Shown here one piece after another: positions 1 through 7,667 of a stretch of 20,000 bases of DNA. Below the pieces are notes generated by a model. The model saw only the letters and a program-made list of their open reading frames with translations. It was not told where the DNA came from and ran no database searches. The position numbers and the translations under genes were made by a program. Source of the stretch: Hydrurus foetidus (Eukaryota); contig UYFQ01000141.1 of assembly GCA_900617105.1 (NCBI GenBank), forward strand, positions 48,055 to 68,054. The letters are read 5' to 3'. Numbering within the stretch: position 1 is the first letter of the stretch; each line of letters opens with the position of its first letter.

Positions 1-65
1 GCTTCGGTCAGGTTGAGGTTGCGGCGCGCGGCTTCTTGGACGAAGCGGAATTGGTGCAGGTTCAT
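1..65 (-). CDS. cysB: CysB/Cbl-family LysR transcriptional regulator, 5' fragment (runs off window)
   Basis: Manual translation of the minus strand from ATG at 65 gives MNLHQFRFVQEAARRNLNLTEA, the characteristic CysB N-terminal HTH start. Not in the ORF track because it is truncated. Confidence 0.9.
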   Translation of the reverse strand, partial: MNLHQFRFVQEAARRNLNLTE

Positions 66-115
66 ATCAAATTTCGCCTAAAGATGAAATTTATTATGCG
101 CCAAAACATCTATCG

Positions 116-493
116 CTAGGCACTGTCCAGGGCAATATGGGCCAGCAGCCCCACCAAGCGGGGGTTCTCGCCCACGGCGTCCTGCAGAAGGATGGGAATG
201 TGGTGGTACTGCACCCGCAGGCTATGCACCAGGGCCGGCAGGTCTTCCCGCGCATGGCGACCAACGCCTAGAAACATCGGCACGATGCGCACGGCGCGCG
301 CGCCTTGCGCCACCAGATCGGCTACCGCGGCGGGCAGGTCTGGCGTGCTGAGCTCGAGGTAAGCGCAGGCCACCAGGGTTTGGGGAGCGAGTTGGCGCAT
401 CTCTGTGGCCACCGCCTCGATGGGGCGATGCCACAGCGGGTCGCGCGAGCCATGGGCAAACAAAATAATACCGGTGGGGTGTGGGGTTGTCAT
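116..493 (-). CDS. cbiX: Short CbiX/SirB-type sirohydrochlorin chelatase (125 aa)
   Basis: Motifs ILFAHGSRDPLW, AYLELSTPDL and VPMFLGVGRHAREDLP. Start ATG at 493 overlaps the lptG stop (ATGA). The upstream part of the 204-aa ORF overlaps lptG and is not real. Confidence 0.88.
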   Translation of the reverse strand: MTTPHPTGIILFAHGSRDPLWHRPIEAVATEMRQLAPQTLVACAYLELSTPDLPAAVADLVAQGARAVRIVPMFLGVGRHAREDLPALVHSLRVQYHHIPILLQDAVGENPRLVGLLAHIALDSA

Positions 494-1596
494 CGTCGAA
501 GTACCAGCCATGCAAAAGCGGTGAGGGATATCACCGAATAAATCAGCCCCGGCAGCGCCGCGGTAAACCAGGGCTGCCAGCCTTGCAGGTTGCCCAGGTC
601 GTTCATTACGTTGTTGAGCAACACAAAGCTGATCCCCGCCATGACGCCGCCAAAGGTGTAGCTGGCAATGCCACCAGAGCGAAAGTGCAGGTAGGCAAAA
701 GGAAGGGCCAGCACCACCATCACCAGGCAACTCAGCGGATAAAACACTTTTTTCCAGAACTGGATCTCGTACTTCTGCGCGGACTGGCCGTTGGCGTTCA
801 AGTGGCGCATGTACTGGAACAAATCAATGGTGCCCATGCGTTCGGGGCGCAGCACGGCTGCGGCCACCATCTCGGCGCTGATCTGTGTGGGCCAGCGAAA
901 CGTCTCAAACTGGGCCCGGTCGATGTGGGCGGCCTTGGCCTCGGGGGTGTCGAACTCGGTGCGATCCACGTCGCTGAGCTCCCAGGAGTCATGTTCGCTG
1001 AACTGTCCGGTCTTGCCCTGGGTGAGCGACACCAGGCTGCCCTGGTTGTTGAATTCGAAAATGCGGATGTCCTTCATGCTGGCGTCGGGTGCCAGCGATC
1101 CCACATTCACCGCGTAGTGGCCATAGGCTTGCTTTTCTTTCAGCCAAGCACCGGTTTTGCCGACTGTGATCTTTCCCTGGAAGCGGGATTTGAGTAACTG
1201 CGCGGTCTTGTCCGCCAGGGGCGCCACATAGTCGCCCACCGCGAAGGTGAAAAACACAAAGCACATGCCCAGCAACATCAGGGTGCGCAGCGCCCGCCAT
1301 GGGCCCAGGCCGCTGGTCCGCAGGATGGTGAATTCCGAGCTGCGCGCGAGCCGTGCCATTACAAAAATGGTGCCAATCAGCACGGTAATGGGGAACAGCT
1401 CGTACACATGGCTGGGCACCATCAGCGCCACATAAATCAGCGCCTGCGGCACTTGGTAGCCCAGGGCCTTGATGCGACCTACCGCCTGCAGCTCTTCCAC
1501 AACATCGAAGAAAAAGAACAGCGCAATAAAGCCCAGGGTGACCAAAAACACGGCCATCACCACCTCGCCATAGAGAAGGCGGCGCAGAGTCTTCAT
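490..1596 (-). CDS. lptG: LPS export ABC transporter permease LptG
   Basis: MKTLRRLLYGEV start, LARSSEFTILRTSG and FWKKVFYPLSCLVM motifs, multi-TM profile. ATG overlaps the lptF stop. Confidence 0.95.
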   Translation of the reverse strand: MKTLRRLLYGEVVMAVFLVTLGFIALFFFFDVVEELQAVGRIKALGYQVPQALIYVALMVPSHVYELFPITVLIGTIFVMARLARSSEFTILRTSGLGPWRALRTLMLLGMCFVFFTFAVGDYVAPLADKTAQLLKSRFQGKITVGKTGAWLKEKQAYGHYAVNVGSLAPDASMKDIRIFEFNNQGSLVSLTQGKTGQFSEHDSWELSDVDRTEFDTPEAKAAHIDRAQFETFRWPTQISAEMVAAAVLRPERMGTIDLFQYMRHLNANGQSAQKYEIQFWKKVFYPLSCLVMVVLALPFAYLHFRSGGIASYTFGGVMAGISFVLLNNVMNDLGNLQGWQPWFTAALPGLIYSVISLTAFAWLVLRR

Positions 1597-2708
1597 GCGG
1601 CATCTCCCGATGGCAAGGCTGTGGCGGCAGGGCGGCGGCGCAGCCGAATGGTCCAGTGGTTGTGTCGCTTGGCCAGCCACAGCAGTGCCGCCAGCAGCGC
1701 CCCACCGTGCAAGCCCAGCAGAAACGGCCCCAAGCTCACCTGGCCACTCTGAATCCAGCTTTTGCCCAGCACCAGCATATTGAAATACACCACGAAGGCC
1801 AGGAACGCGAAGACCAGGTTGCCAGTGCGCCCGGCCCGCGGGTTGACCCCGGCTGAGGCCAGCCCGATCACCACCAAGTTCAGCGCGGCCAGGATGAGCC
1901 CGATGCGCCAGGCAATCTCGGCCACGTGCAGTGGAATCGGATTGCGGATCAGATCCAGCGTCGTCATGGCACTGGTGGGCGCATAGTCGCGCGCGGACTG
2001 GTCATCAGCCCCTACGCGGGCACCGTAGCGCTCAAACACGCTGATGGTGATGTCCTGCTTGCCATGGGTTTTTTCCAGGCGTTGGCCGTTGTCCAGCACC
2101 AGAAATTTGTCGGGGCCGATCACTTCTACCGCACCCGTGCGGGCCGAGGTGACGGTTTCCTTGCCGGCTTCATTGGTGGCAATGAAGACGTTGTTGCCAG
2201 TTTGTTGGCCCTTGGCGTCTTTTTCGATGAAGAAAACGCGGTCGCCATTGCTGGACTCCTGGAACTGGCCGGGCTCGATGCGGGCGATGTCGCCCCGCTT
2301 GTCGTAGCGGTAGCGCAGGTCTTCAATGCGCCCAAACGCCCAGGGCAGGATGAAAAATGCGAGTGCCAGAATCACCACCAGAATGGGCCAGGCAAAGCGA
2401 AACAAAGGGGGCAGCAAGGACGCCAGTCCCCGGCCGCTGCCAAACCAGATCACCATCTCGCTGTCCTGGTACATCCGCGTCAGCACGCTGAGCACGGCAA
2501 TGAACAGGCTCATGGACAAAATGGTGGGCATGTCGGAGAGCACGGTGTAGCCCATGATGATGAGCACATCCGACGGGTTGAAGGTGCCGCGCGATGCCTC
2601 ACCCAGCGTGCGAATCAGCGTCATAGTCATCACTACAGTGACCAATACCACCAAGGTGGCACCGAAGCTGCGTGCAAGCTCTCTGCGGATGGAGGAATGG
2701 AATAACAT
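1593..2708 (-). CDS. lptF: LPS export ABC transporter permease LptF
   Basis: MLFHSSIRRELARSF start, RMYQDSEMVIWFGSG and NPRAGR motifs. Classic lptFG position divergent from pepA. Confidence 0.95.
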   Translation of the reverse strand: MLFHSSIRRELARSFGATLVVLVTVVMTMTLIRTLGEASRGTFNPSDVLIIMGYTVLSDMPTILSMSLFIAVLSVLTRMYQDSEMVIWFGSGRGLASLLPPLFRFAWPILVVILALAFFILPWAFGRIEDLRYRYDKRGDIARIEPGQFQESSNGDRVFFIEKDAKGQQTGNNVFIATNEAGKETVTSARTGAVEVIGPDKFLVLDNGQRLEKTHGKQDITISVFERYGARVGADDQSARDYAPTSAMTTLDLIRNPIPLHVAEIAWRIGLILAALNLVVIGLASAGVNPRAGRTGNLVFAFLAFVVYFNMLVLGKSWIQSGQVSLGPFLLGLHGGALLAALLWLAKRHNHWTIRLRRRPAATALPSGDAA

Positions 2709-2731
2709 GGCGGCGAAGGAAAGACCGAATT

Positions 2732-4177
2732 ATGAACTTTGAACTCAAGGCTTTGAGCCTGGTGGCTGTTGCCAACGAAAAATGTGACCTGGCCGTGCTG
2801 CTGGTAGCCGCCGACTTTAAGGCTGGCAAGGACGAGTTGTCCCAGCTGGTTGCACAAGCCGTCAAGGCGGGCGACTTTACCGGCAAGCCCGGGCAGGTGC
2901 TGTCGCTGTACCGACCTGGCCAGGCCAATGCCACTCGCCTTGTGCTGGCGGGCGTGGGCGAAGGCGGCGCCAAACAGGTGCGTGGCGCCGTGACCGCGGC
3001 CCTGGGCGCGGGCAAATCGACCAATAACAAAAAAGTGGTGGTGGCATTTGCGGCTCCGGCGCAGGAAAGCGCCGTGCGTGCGGTCGTGGTGGCCGTGGCC
3101 GATGCCACTTACGCCTATGTGCACACCAAATCCAAGCCCGAGCCCCGCGTTTTGCAGAAGTGCCTGGTCGTGGCCAGCAACGCGTCCGAGGTGAACGCCT
3201 CGTTTGACCGCGCCGTGGGAACCGTGCTGGGCATGGAAATGGCCAAGGAATGGGCCAATCGCCCGGCCAACCACGCCACGCCCACGCTGTTGGGGCAAGC
3301 CGCACAGAGCCTGGCCAAGTTCGCCAGAATCTCCTGCGAAGTGCTGGGCCCCAAAGAAGTGGCCAAGCTGGGCATGGGCTCTTTCATGGCGGTGGCCCAG
3401 GGTTCCGATGAGCCGCTGCGCTTTATCGTGCTGCGCTACGACGGCGCTGCCAAGTCCCAGGCGCCCACGGTGCTGGTGGGCAAGGGCATCACCTTTGACA
3501 GTGGCGGCATCTCCATCAAGCCTGCGGGCGAGATGGACGAAATGAAGTTCGACATGTGCGGTGCTGCTAGTGTGTTGGGTGTGTTCCGGGCGCTGGCCCA
3601 GCTCAAACCTGCCATCAACGTGGTGGGACTGATTCCGTCTTGCGAAAACCTGATCAACGGCCATGCCGTCAAGCCCGGTGACGTAGTCACCAGCATGAGC
3701 GGCCAGACCATCGAAATCCTCAACACCGACGCGGAAGGCCGCCTGGTGCTATGTGATGCCCTGACCTATGCGGAGCGCTTCAAGCCCGCGGCCGTGGTGG
3801 ACATTGCCACCTTGACCGGTGCCTGTGTGGTGGCCCTCGGCGGGGTGCGCAGCGGCTTGTTCTCGACCAACGACGCGCTGGGCGACGCCTTGTTTGCCGC
3901 AGGTGAGGCCAGTGCCGACCTGTGCTGGAAGCTGCCGCTGGACGAAGACTACGCTGAGGGGTTGAAGACCAATTTTGCTGACGTGGCCAACGTGGCTGGT
4001 CGTGCCGGTGGCGCGATTACGGCAGCCAAATTTTTGCAACGCTTCACCGAGAAATTCCCTTGGGCCCACCTGGACATCGCAGGCACCGCCTGGAAGAGTG
4101 GTGGGGCCAAAGGGGCCACGGGCCGTCCTGTGGGCTTGTTGGTGGAGTTTTTGCTGGTCAAGGCTGCGTCCAAGTGA
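2732..4177 (+). CDS. pepA: Cytosol leucyl aminopeptidase (M17)
   Basis: VGKGITFDSGGISIK, MKFDMCGAA, NTDAEGRL and WAHLDIAG motifs. ATG 2732 is preceded by GAAGGA. Confidence 0.97.
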   Translation: MNFELKALSLVAVANEKCDLAVLLVAADFKAGKDELSQLVAQAVKAGDFTGKPGQVLSLYRPGQANATRLVLAGVGEGGAKQVRGAVTAALGAGKSTNNKKVVVAFAAPAQESAVRAVVVAVADATYAYVHTKSKPEPRVLQKCLVVASNASEVNASFDRAVGTVLGMEMAKEWANRPANHATPTLLGQAAQSLAKFARISCEVLGPKEVAKLGMGSFMAVAQGSDEPLRFIVLRYDGAAKSQAPTVLVGKGITFDSGGISIKPAGEMDEMKFDMCGAASVLGVFRALAQLKPAINVVGLIPSCENLINGHAVKPGDVVTSMSGQTIEILNTDAEGRLVLCDALTYAERFKPAAVVDIATLTGACVVALGGVRSGLFSTNDALGDALFAAGEASADLCWKLPLDEDYAEGLKTNFADVANVAGRAGGAITAAKFLQRFTEKFPWAHLDIAGTAWKSGGAKGATGRPVGLLVEFLLVKAASK

Positions 4178-4605
4178 CAGAAGTCGCCTTTCACTTTGGC
4201 GCCCCGGACAAGCTGGACTACGTGTGCCGCTTGCTGCGCAAGGCTACGGGTCGGGGAGCCAAAGTAGTGGTACTGGGCCCGCAAAGCCATATGCACCAGT
4301 TGGACGCCAAACTTTGGGCGCTGTCGCCCACCGACTTCCTGGCGCACAGCCTCGATGGAGGTGCCCTGCAGGCACGCAGCCCGGTGGTGCTGACCACGGC
4401 ATTGCACAGTGGTCTTGCCGAGCACGGCGTGTTGGTGAACCTGACCGATGCGGTGCCCGAAGGTTTTGACCGGTTTGATCGGGTGATTGAGGTGGTGAGC
4501 ACCGATGAAACCGATCGCGTCGTAGCCCGCGGCCGTTGGCGCCAGTACGCCCAACAGGGCATCGTGATTCAGAAGCACGACCTGAACCTTAAAGGGGCTG
4601 GCTAA
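4174..4605 (+). CDS. holC: DNA polymerase III subunit chi
   Basis: GTG start overlapping the pepA stop. Motifs VAFHF, CRLLRKA, LDAKLW..FLAH, LVNL, FDRVIEVV and ARGRWRQY. pepA-holC synteny. Confidence 0.93.
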   Translation: MTEVAFHFGAPDKLDYVCRLLRKATGRGAKVVVLGPQSHMHQLDAKLWALSPTDFLAHSLDGGALQARSPVVLTTALHSGLAEHGVLVNLTDAVPEGFDRFDRVIEVVSTDETDRVVARGRWRQYAQQGIVIQKHDLNLKGAG

Positions 4606-4907
4606 TGGGTTCGCCCAAAACCACGCCCCGTTTTCTGCCCACGCTGACGGAGGTGGTGCAGCCGCGCAGTGTCCAGGCCGTGCCACCGCCAGCTAAACCG
4701 CCGGTGTCCATCGACGTGGATGCGCTGGTGGACCGCGTGATGCTGTCCGTCGCTCCTCATATTGAAAGCCAGCTGCGAGAGCTGGTGACCGATGTGGTGC
4801 AAGAACAGCTGCGTGAATTGGCGCCACGTATCCAACATGATTTGGAAGTCATGGTCCGCGACGCTGTGGCGGGTGCTTTGTCGGACCTGCCGCCTTCGAG
4901 CGTGTAA
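4605..4907 (+). CDS. Small hypothetical protein (100 aa): short N-terminal motif, Pro-rich linker, amphipathic helical C-terminus
   Basis: ATG overlaps the holC stop (TAATG) with an AAGGGG RBS upstream. Fills the gap between holC and the next gene and contains an LPTLTEVV motif. Confidence 0.8.
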   Translation: MGSPKTTPRFLPTLTEVVQPRSVQAVPPPAKPPVSIDVDALVDRVMLSVAPHIESQLRELVTDVVQEQLRELAPRIQHDLEVMVRDAVAGALSDLPPSSV

Positions 4908-4947
4908 GCGCTGCGCCGCAGCGCGTCTGAATTTCTCGAAAGTTTGT

Positions 4948-6135
4948 ATGCATTTCAGAACAAAAAGTACATTGACCGTGGTCGCTCTGGCGGCCCTGCT
5001 GGTCGCTTGTGGCAAGAAGGAAGACGCTGCGGCACCAGCTTCCCCCGTAGCGGCACATGCCGACACCGTGGTGAGGATTGGCCACGTGGGCCCCACCAGC
5101 GGTGCGATTGCCCATCTGGGCAAAGACAATGAAAACGGTGCACGCCTGGCCATTGAAGAGCTGAACGACGCCGGTGTGACGATTGGCGGCCAGAAGGTTA
5201 CGTTGGAACTGGTTGCTGAAGACGACGCAGCCGATCCCAAGCAAGGCACGGCCGTGGCGCAAAAGCTGGTCGACTCCAAAGTCGCTGGCGTGATCGGACA
5301 TTTGAACTCTGGCACCACCATCCCCGCGTCCAAGATTTACAGGGATGCCGGTATTCCCCAGATTTCGCCCTCCGCTACCAACCCCAAATACACCCGCCAG
5401 GGTTTCAAAACAGCCTTCCGCGTGGTGGCCGACGACACGCAATTGGGCGGCACGCTGGGCAAATATGCAGTGGGCACCCTGAAGGGCAAGGCCATTGCCG
5501 TGATCGACGACCGAACGGCTTACGGCCAGGGTGTGGCAGAAGAATTCAGCAAGGCGGTGGAAGGTGCGGGCGGCAAAGTGGTGGCCAAGGAATTCACCAC
5601 CGATAAGGCGACGGACTTCAGCGCCATCCTGACCAGCATCAAGGCCAAGAAGCCAGACGTTGTTTTTTTCGGCGGCATGGACGCTGTGGCCGGCCCGATG
5701 CTCAAGCAAATGAAGGCCCTGGGCATCAATGCGAAATTCGTAGGCGGTGACGGCATCTGCTCCACTGAACTCGTGAAGCTGGGCGGTGACGCCATTGCCG
5801 ACGATCAGGTGTTCTGCGCAGAAGCGGGTGGCGTGGAAGGCGACGCCAAGGTCGCCATGGACGCTTTCAAGTCCCGCTTCAAAGCCAAGTTCGACGCTGA
5901 CGTGCAGGTATACGCCCCCTATGTCTACGACTCCGTGAAGCTCATGGTGGCCGCCATGGTCAAGGCGGGCTCGTCGGACCCCGCCAAATACTTGCCCGTG
6001 TTGGCCGCTACGACAGACTACAAGGGCGTGACGGGCCCCATCTCGTTCGACGAAAAGGGCGACATCAAGAACGGCGCTCTGACCTTGAAGACGGTTCGTG
6101 CAGGCAAACTCGAAACGCTGGCGGTGATTCGTTAA
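4948..6135 (+). CDS. livK: Branched-chain amino acid ABC transporter substrate-binding lipoprotein (LivK/LivJ family)
   Basis: Lipobox LVAC after a hydrophobic signal. Motifs IGHVGPTSG, EDDAADPKQG, GHLNSG, ISPSATNP and DDRTAYGQG. Start placed at ATG 4948. Confidence 0.9.
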   Translation: MHFRTKSTLTVVALAALLVACGKKEDAAAPASPVAAHADTVVRIGHVGPTSGAIAHLGKDNENGARLAIEELNDAGVTIGGQKVTLELVAEDDAADPKQGTAVAQKLVDSKVAGVIGHLNSGTTIPASKIYRDAGIPQISPSATNPKYTRQGFKTAFRVVADDTQLGGTLGKYAVGTLKGKAIAVIDDRTAYGQGVAEEFSKAVEGAGGKVVAKEFTTDKATDFSAILTSIKAKKPDVVFFGGMDAVAGPMLKQMKALGINAKFVGGDGICSTELVKLGGDAIADDQVFCAEAGGVEGDAKVAMDAFKSRFKAKFDADVQVYAPYVYDSVKLMVAAMVKAGSSDPAKYLPVLAATTDYKGVTGPISFDEKGDIKNGALTLKTVRAGKLETLAVIR

Positions 6136-6203
6136 ATTCACCGTCGTCTGCGCTTTTTGTGCAGTTTGTGGGCCGCGAGCCAAAACAGCCCTAAATGGCA
6201 GGT

Positions 6204-6209
6204 TAGAAT
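6204..6209 (+). promoter_or_regulatory. Probable sigma70 -10 element (TAGAAT) for tRNA-Ser
   Basis: TAGAAT lies 10 nt upstream of the mature tRNA 5' end. No clear -35 seen. Confidence 0.5.
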
Positions 6210-6219
6210 ACGAGGCTCT

Positions 6220-6309
6220 GGAGCGGTGGATGAGTGGTTTAAGTCACACGCCTGGAAAGCGTGCGTGGGGTTAAACCCACCGCGGGTTCGAATCCCGCCT
6301 GCTCCGCCA
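6220..6309 (+). tRNA. tRNA-Ser(GGA)
   Basis: 90 nt. Acceptor stem GGAGCGG/CTGCTCC, D-loop GAGTGGTTTAAG, anticodon arm CACGC-CTGGAAA-GCGTG, long variable arm GTGGG..CCCAC, T-loop GGTTCGAATCC, discriminator G and encoded CCA. Confidence 0.97.
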
Positions 6310-6350
6310 GAACCAAGTCCGATCTGTCCTTTCCAGGCGGGTCGGCATCG

Positions 6351-6392
6351 AAAACCCCGCAGCATTCGTGCTGCGGGGTTTTTGTTTTTTTT
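6351..6392 (+). terminator. Rho-independent terminator downstream of tRNA-Ser
   Basis: AAAACCCCGCAGCA-TTCG-TGCTGCGGGGTTTT perfect stem followed by a long T tract. Confidence 0.92.
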
Positions 6393-6428
6393 GCCTTCGC
6401 TTTTGTCCTTTCTAGTGGTTTTCCCTTG

Positions 6429-6460
6429 AAGTAATTAATATTTGTAAATATTAATTACTT
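6429..6460. promoter_or_regulatory. Perfect AT-rich inverted repeat, putative operator
   Basis: AAGTAATTAATATTT-GT-AAATATTAATTACTT: 15-bp perfect arms with a 2-nt spacer, about 75 bp upstream of the SBP gene start. The function is inferred. Confidence 0.6.
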
Positions 6461-6533
6461 ATGACTAATAATAATAATTGGTTCATGGGCAGGCGTGCCC
6501 CGATGCGGTGCACGCTATCGAGAGGAGGACGTT

Positions 6534-7652
6534 GTGTTTGGCAAAGTCTGGGTATTTTTCTTCATGGCGTGGTCTGCATGGGCCCAGGCCCAAACCGCCG
6601 TCGACGCGCCCATTGTGTTGGGACAGTCGGCGCCCCTCTCCGGACCTGCAGCGCAACTTGGAGTTGATTTCAACTTCGGTGCGAATCTGCATTTTTACGA
6701 GGTCAACCGCGGTGGCGGCATCTTTGGTCGAAAAATTGAGCTGCGCATTCTGGACGACCGTTACGAGCCCGAGCGCACAGCAGAAAACACCCGGCGGCTG
6801 ATCAAGGACGACAAGGTGTTTGCCCTGTTCGGCTATGTGGGCAGCTCGACCAGCCAGGTAGCGTTGCCGCTGGCCACTGAGAGTGGCGTGCCGTTTCTGG
6901 CGGCCTTTACCGGTTCCGAGTCCCTGCGCACGCCGTTCAACCCCTATGTGTTCAACATCCGTGCCGGCTACTTTGATGAGACCGAAGCGATTGTTCGGCA
7001 CCTCAGTACCCTGGGTATGAAGCGCATTGCTGTGTTTCACGAAGACGATGCGAACGGCCGCGCGGCTTTGCTGGGGGTTGAGCGTGCGCTGAAGTCGCGC
7101 GGGCTGTCGCTGGTGGCCAGTGGTTCAGTGGAGCGCAATGGCATTGACGTGGCCAAGGCGGTACGCGAGATCGCGGCCACCAAGCCCCAGGCGGTGGTGA
7201 TGATGAGCGCCTATGGCGGCAGCGTGGCCTTTATCCGCGAAATGCAGAAGATGGAGTCACCGCCCTGGCTATGGAATGTGTCCTTCGTCGGCAGCCAGGT
7301 GCTGGCGCGGGAGCTGGAGCAGCGCGGGCGTGGCGTACAGATTTCGCAGGTTGTGCCATTCCCCTGGAACGCCAACAACCCGCTGGTGCGCGGCTACCAA
7401 AAAGTACTGGCAGAGGTGAAGGGCGAACCCGGCTTTGGTTCTCTGGAGGGCTATATCGCCGCCAAAGTGGCGGTTGAAGGCCTGCGCCGCGCTGGGCGCA
7501 ATCCCACGCGTGAGGGCTTTGTCAAAGCGCTGGAGTCGCTCCAGCCGTATGACATGGGAGGCTATACGGTGCGGTTTTCGCCAGAGAGCCACAACGGGTC
7601 CACCTATGTGGACCTGACCATGATCACTCTGGACCAACGTTTCCTGCGCTAA
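6534..7652 (+). CDS. ABC-type periplasmic substrate-binding protein (type I PBP, Leu/Ile/Val-binding superfamily), orphan
   Basis: GTG start after a GGAGGA RBS, signal peptide ending AWA/AQA, motifs IVLGQSAPLSG, LDDRYEP, VFALFGYVG, FNIRAGY, ISQVVPFP and SLEGYIAA. Confidence 0.88.
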   Translation: MFGKVWVFFFMAWSAWAQAQTAVDAPIVLGQSAPLSGPAAQLGVDFNFGANLHFYEVNRGGGIFGRKIELRILDDRYEPERTAENTRRLIKDDKVFALFGYVGSSTSQVALPLATESGVPFLAAFTGSESLRTPFNPYVFNIRAGYFDETEAIVRHLSTLGMKRIAVFHEDDANGRAALLGVERALKSRGLSLVASGSVERNGIDVAKAVREIAATKPQAVVMMSAYGGSVAFIREMQKMESPPWLWNVSFVGSQVLARELEQRGRGVQISQVVPFPWNANNPLVRGYQKVLAEVKGEPGFGSLEGYIAAKVAVEGLRRAGRNPTREGFVKALESLQPYDMGGYTVRFSPESHNGSTYVDLTMITLDQRFLR

Positions 7653-7667
7653 GAAAGGCGAACACCC

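Noticed and set aside
4908..4924. GC hairpin GCGCTGC-GCC-GCAGCGC after the hypothetical gene
   Set aside because: No T tract and only a 7-bp stem. It may stabilise the mRNA but cannot be supported as a terminator.
6138..6667. Small ORFs over the tRNA and AT-rich region (75, 90 and 68 aa, including MTNNNNW...)
   Set aside because: They overlap the tRNA, terminator or SBP gene, with no convincing RBS or coding signature.
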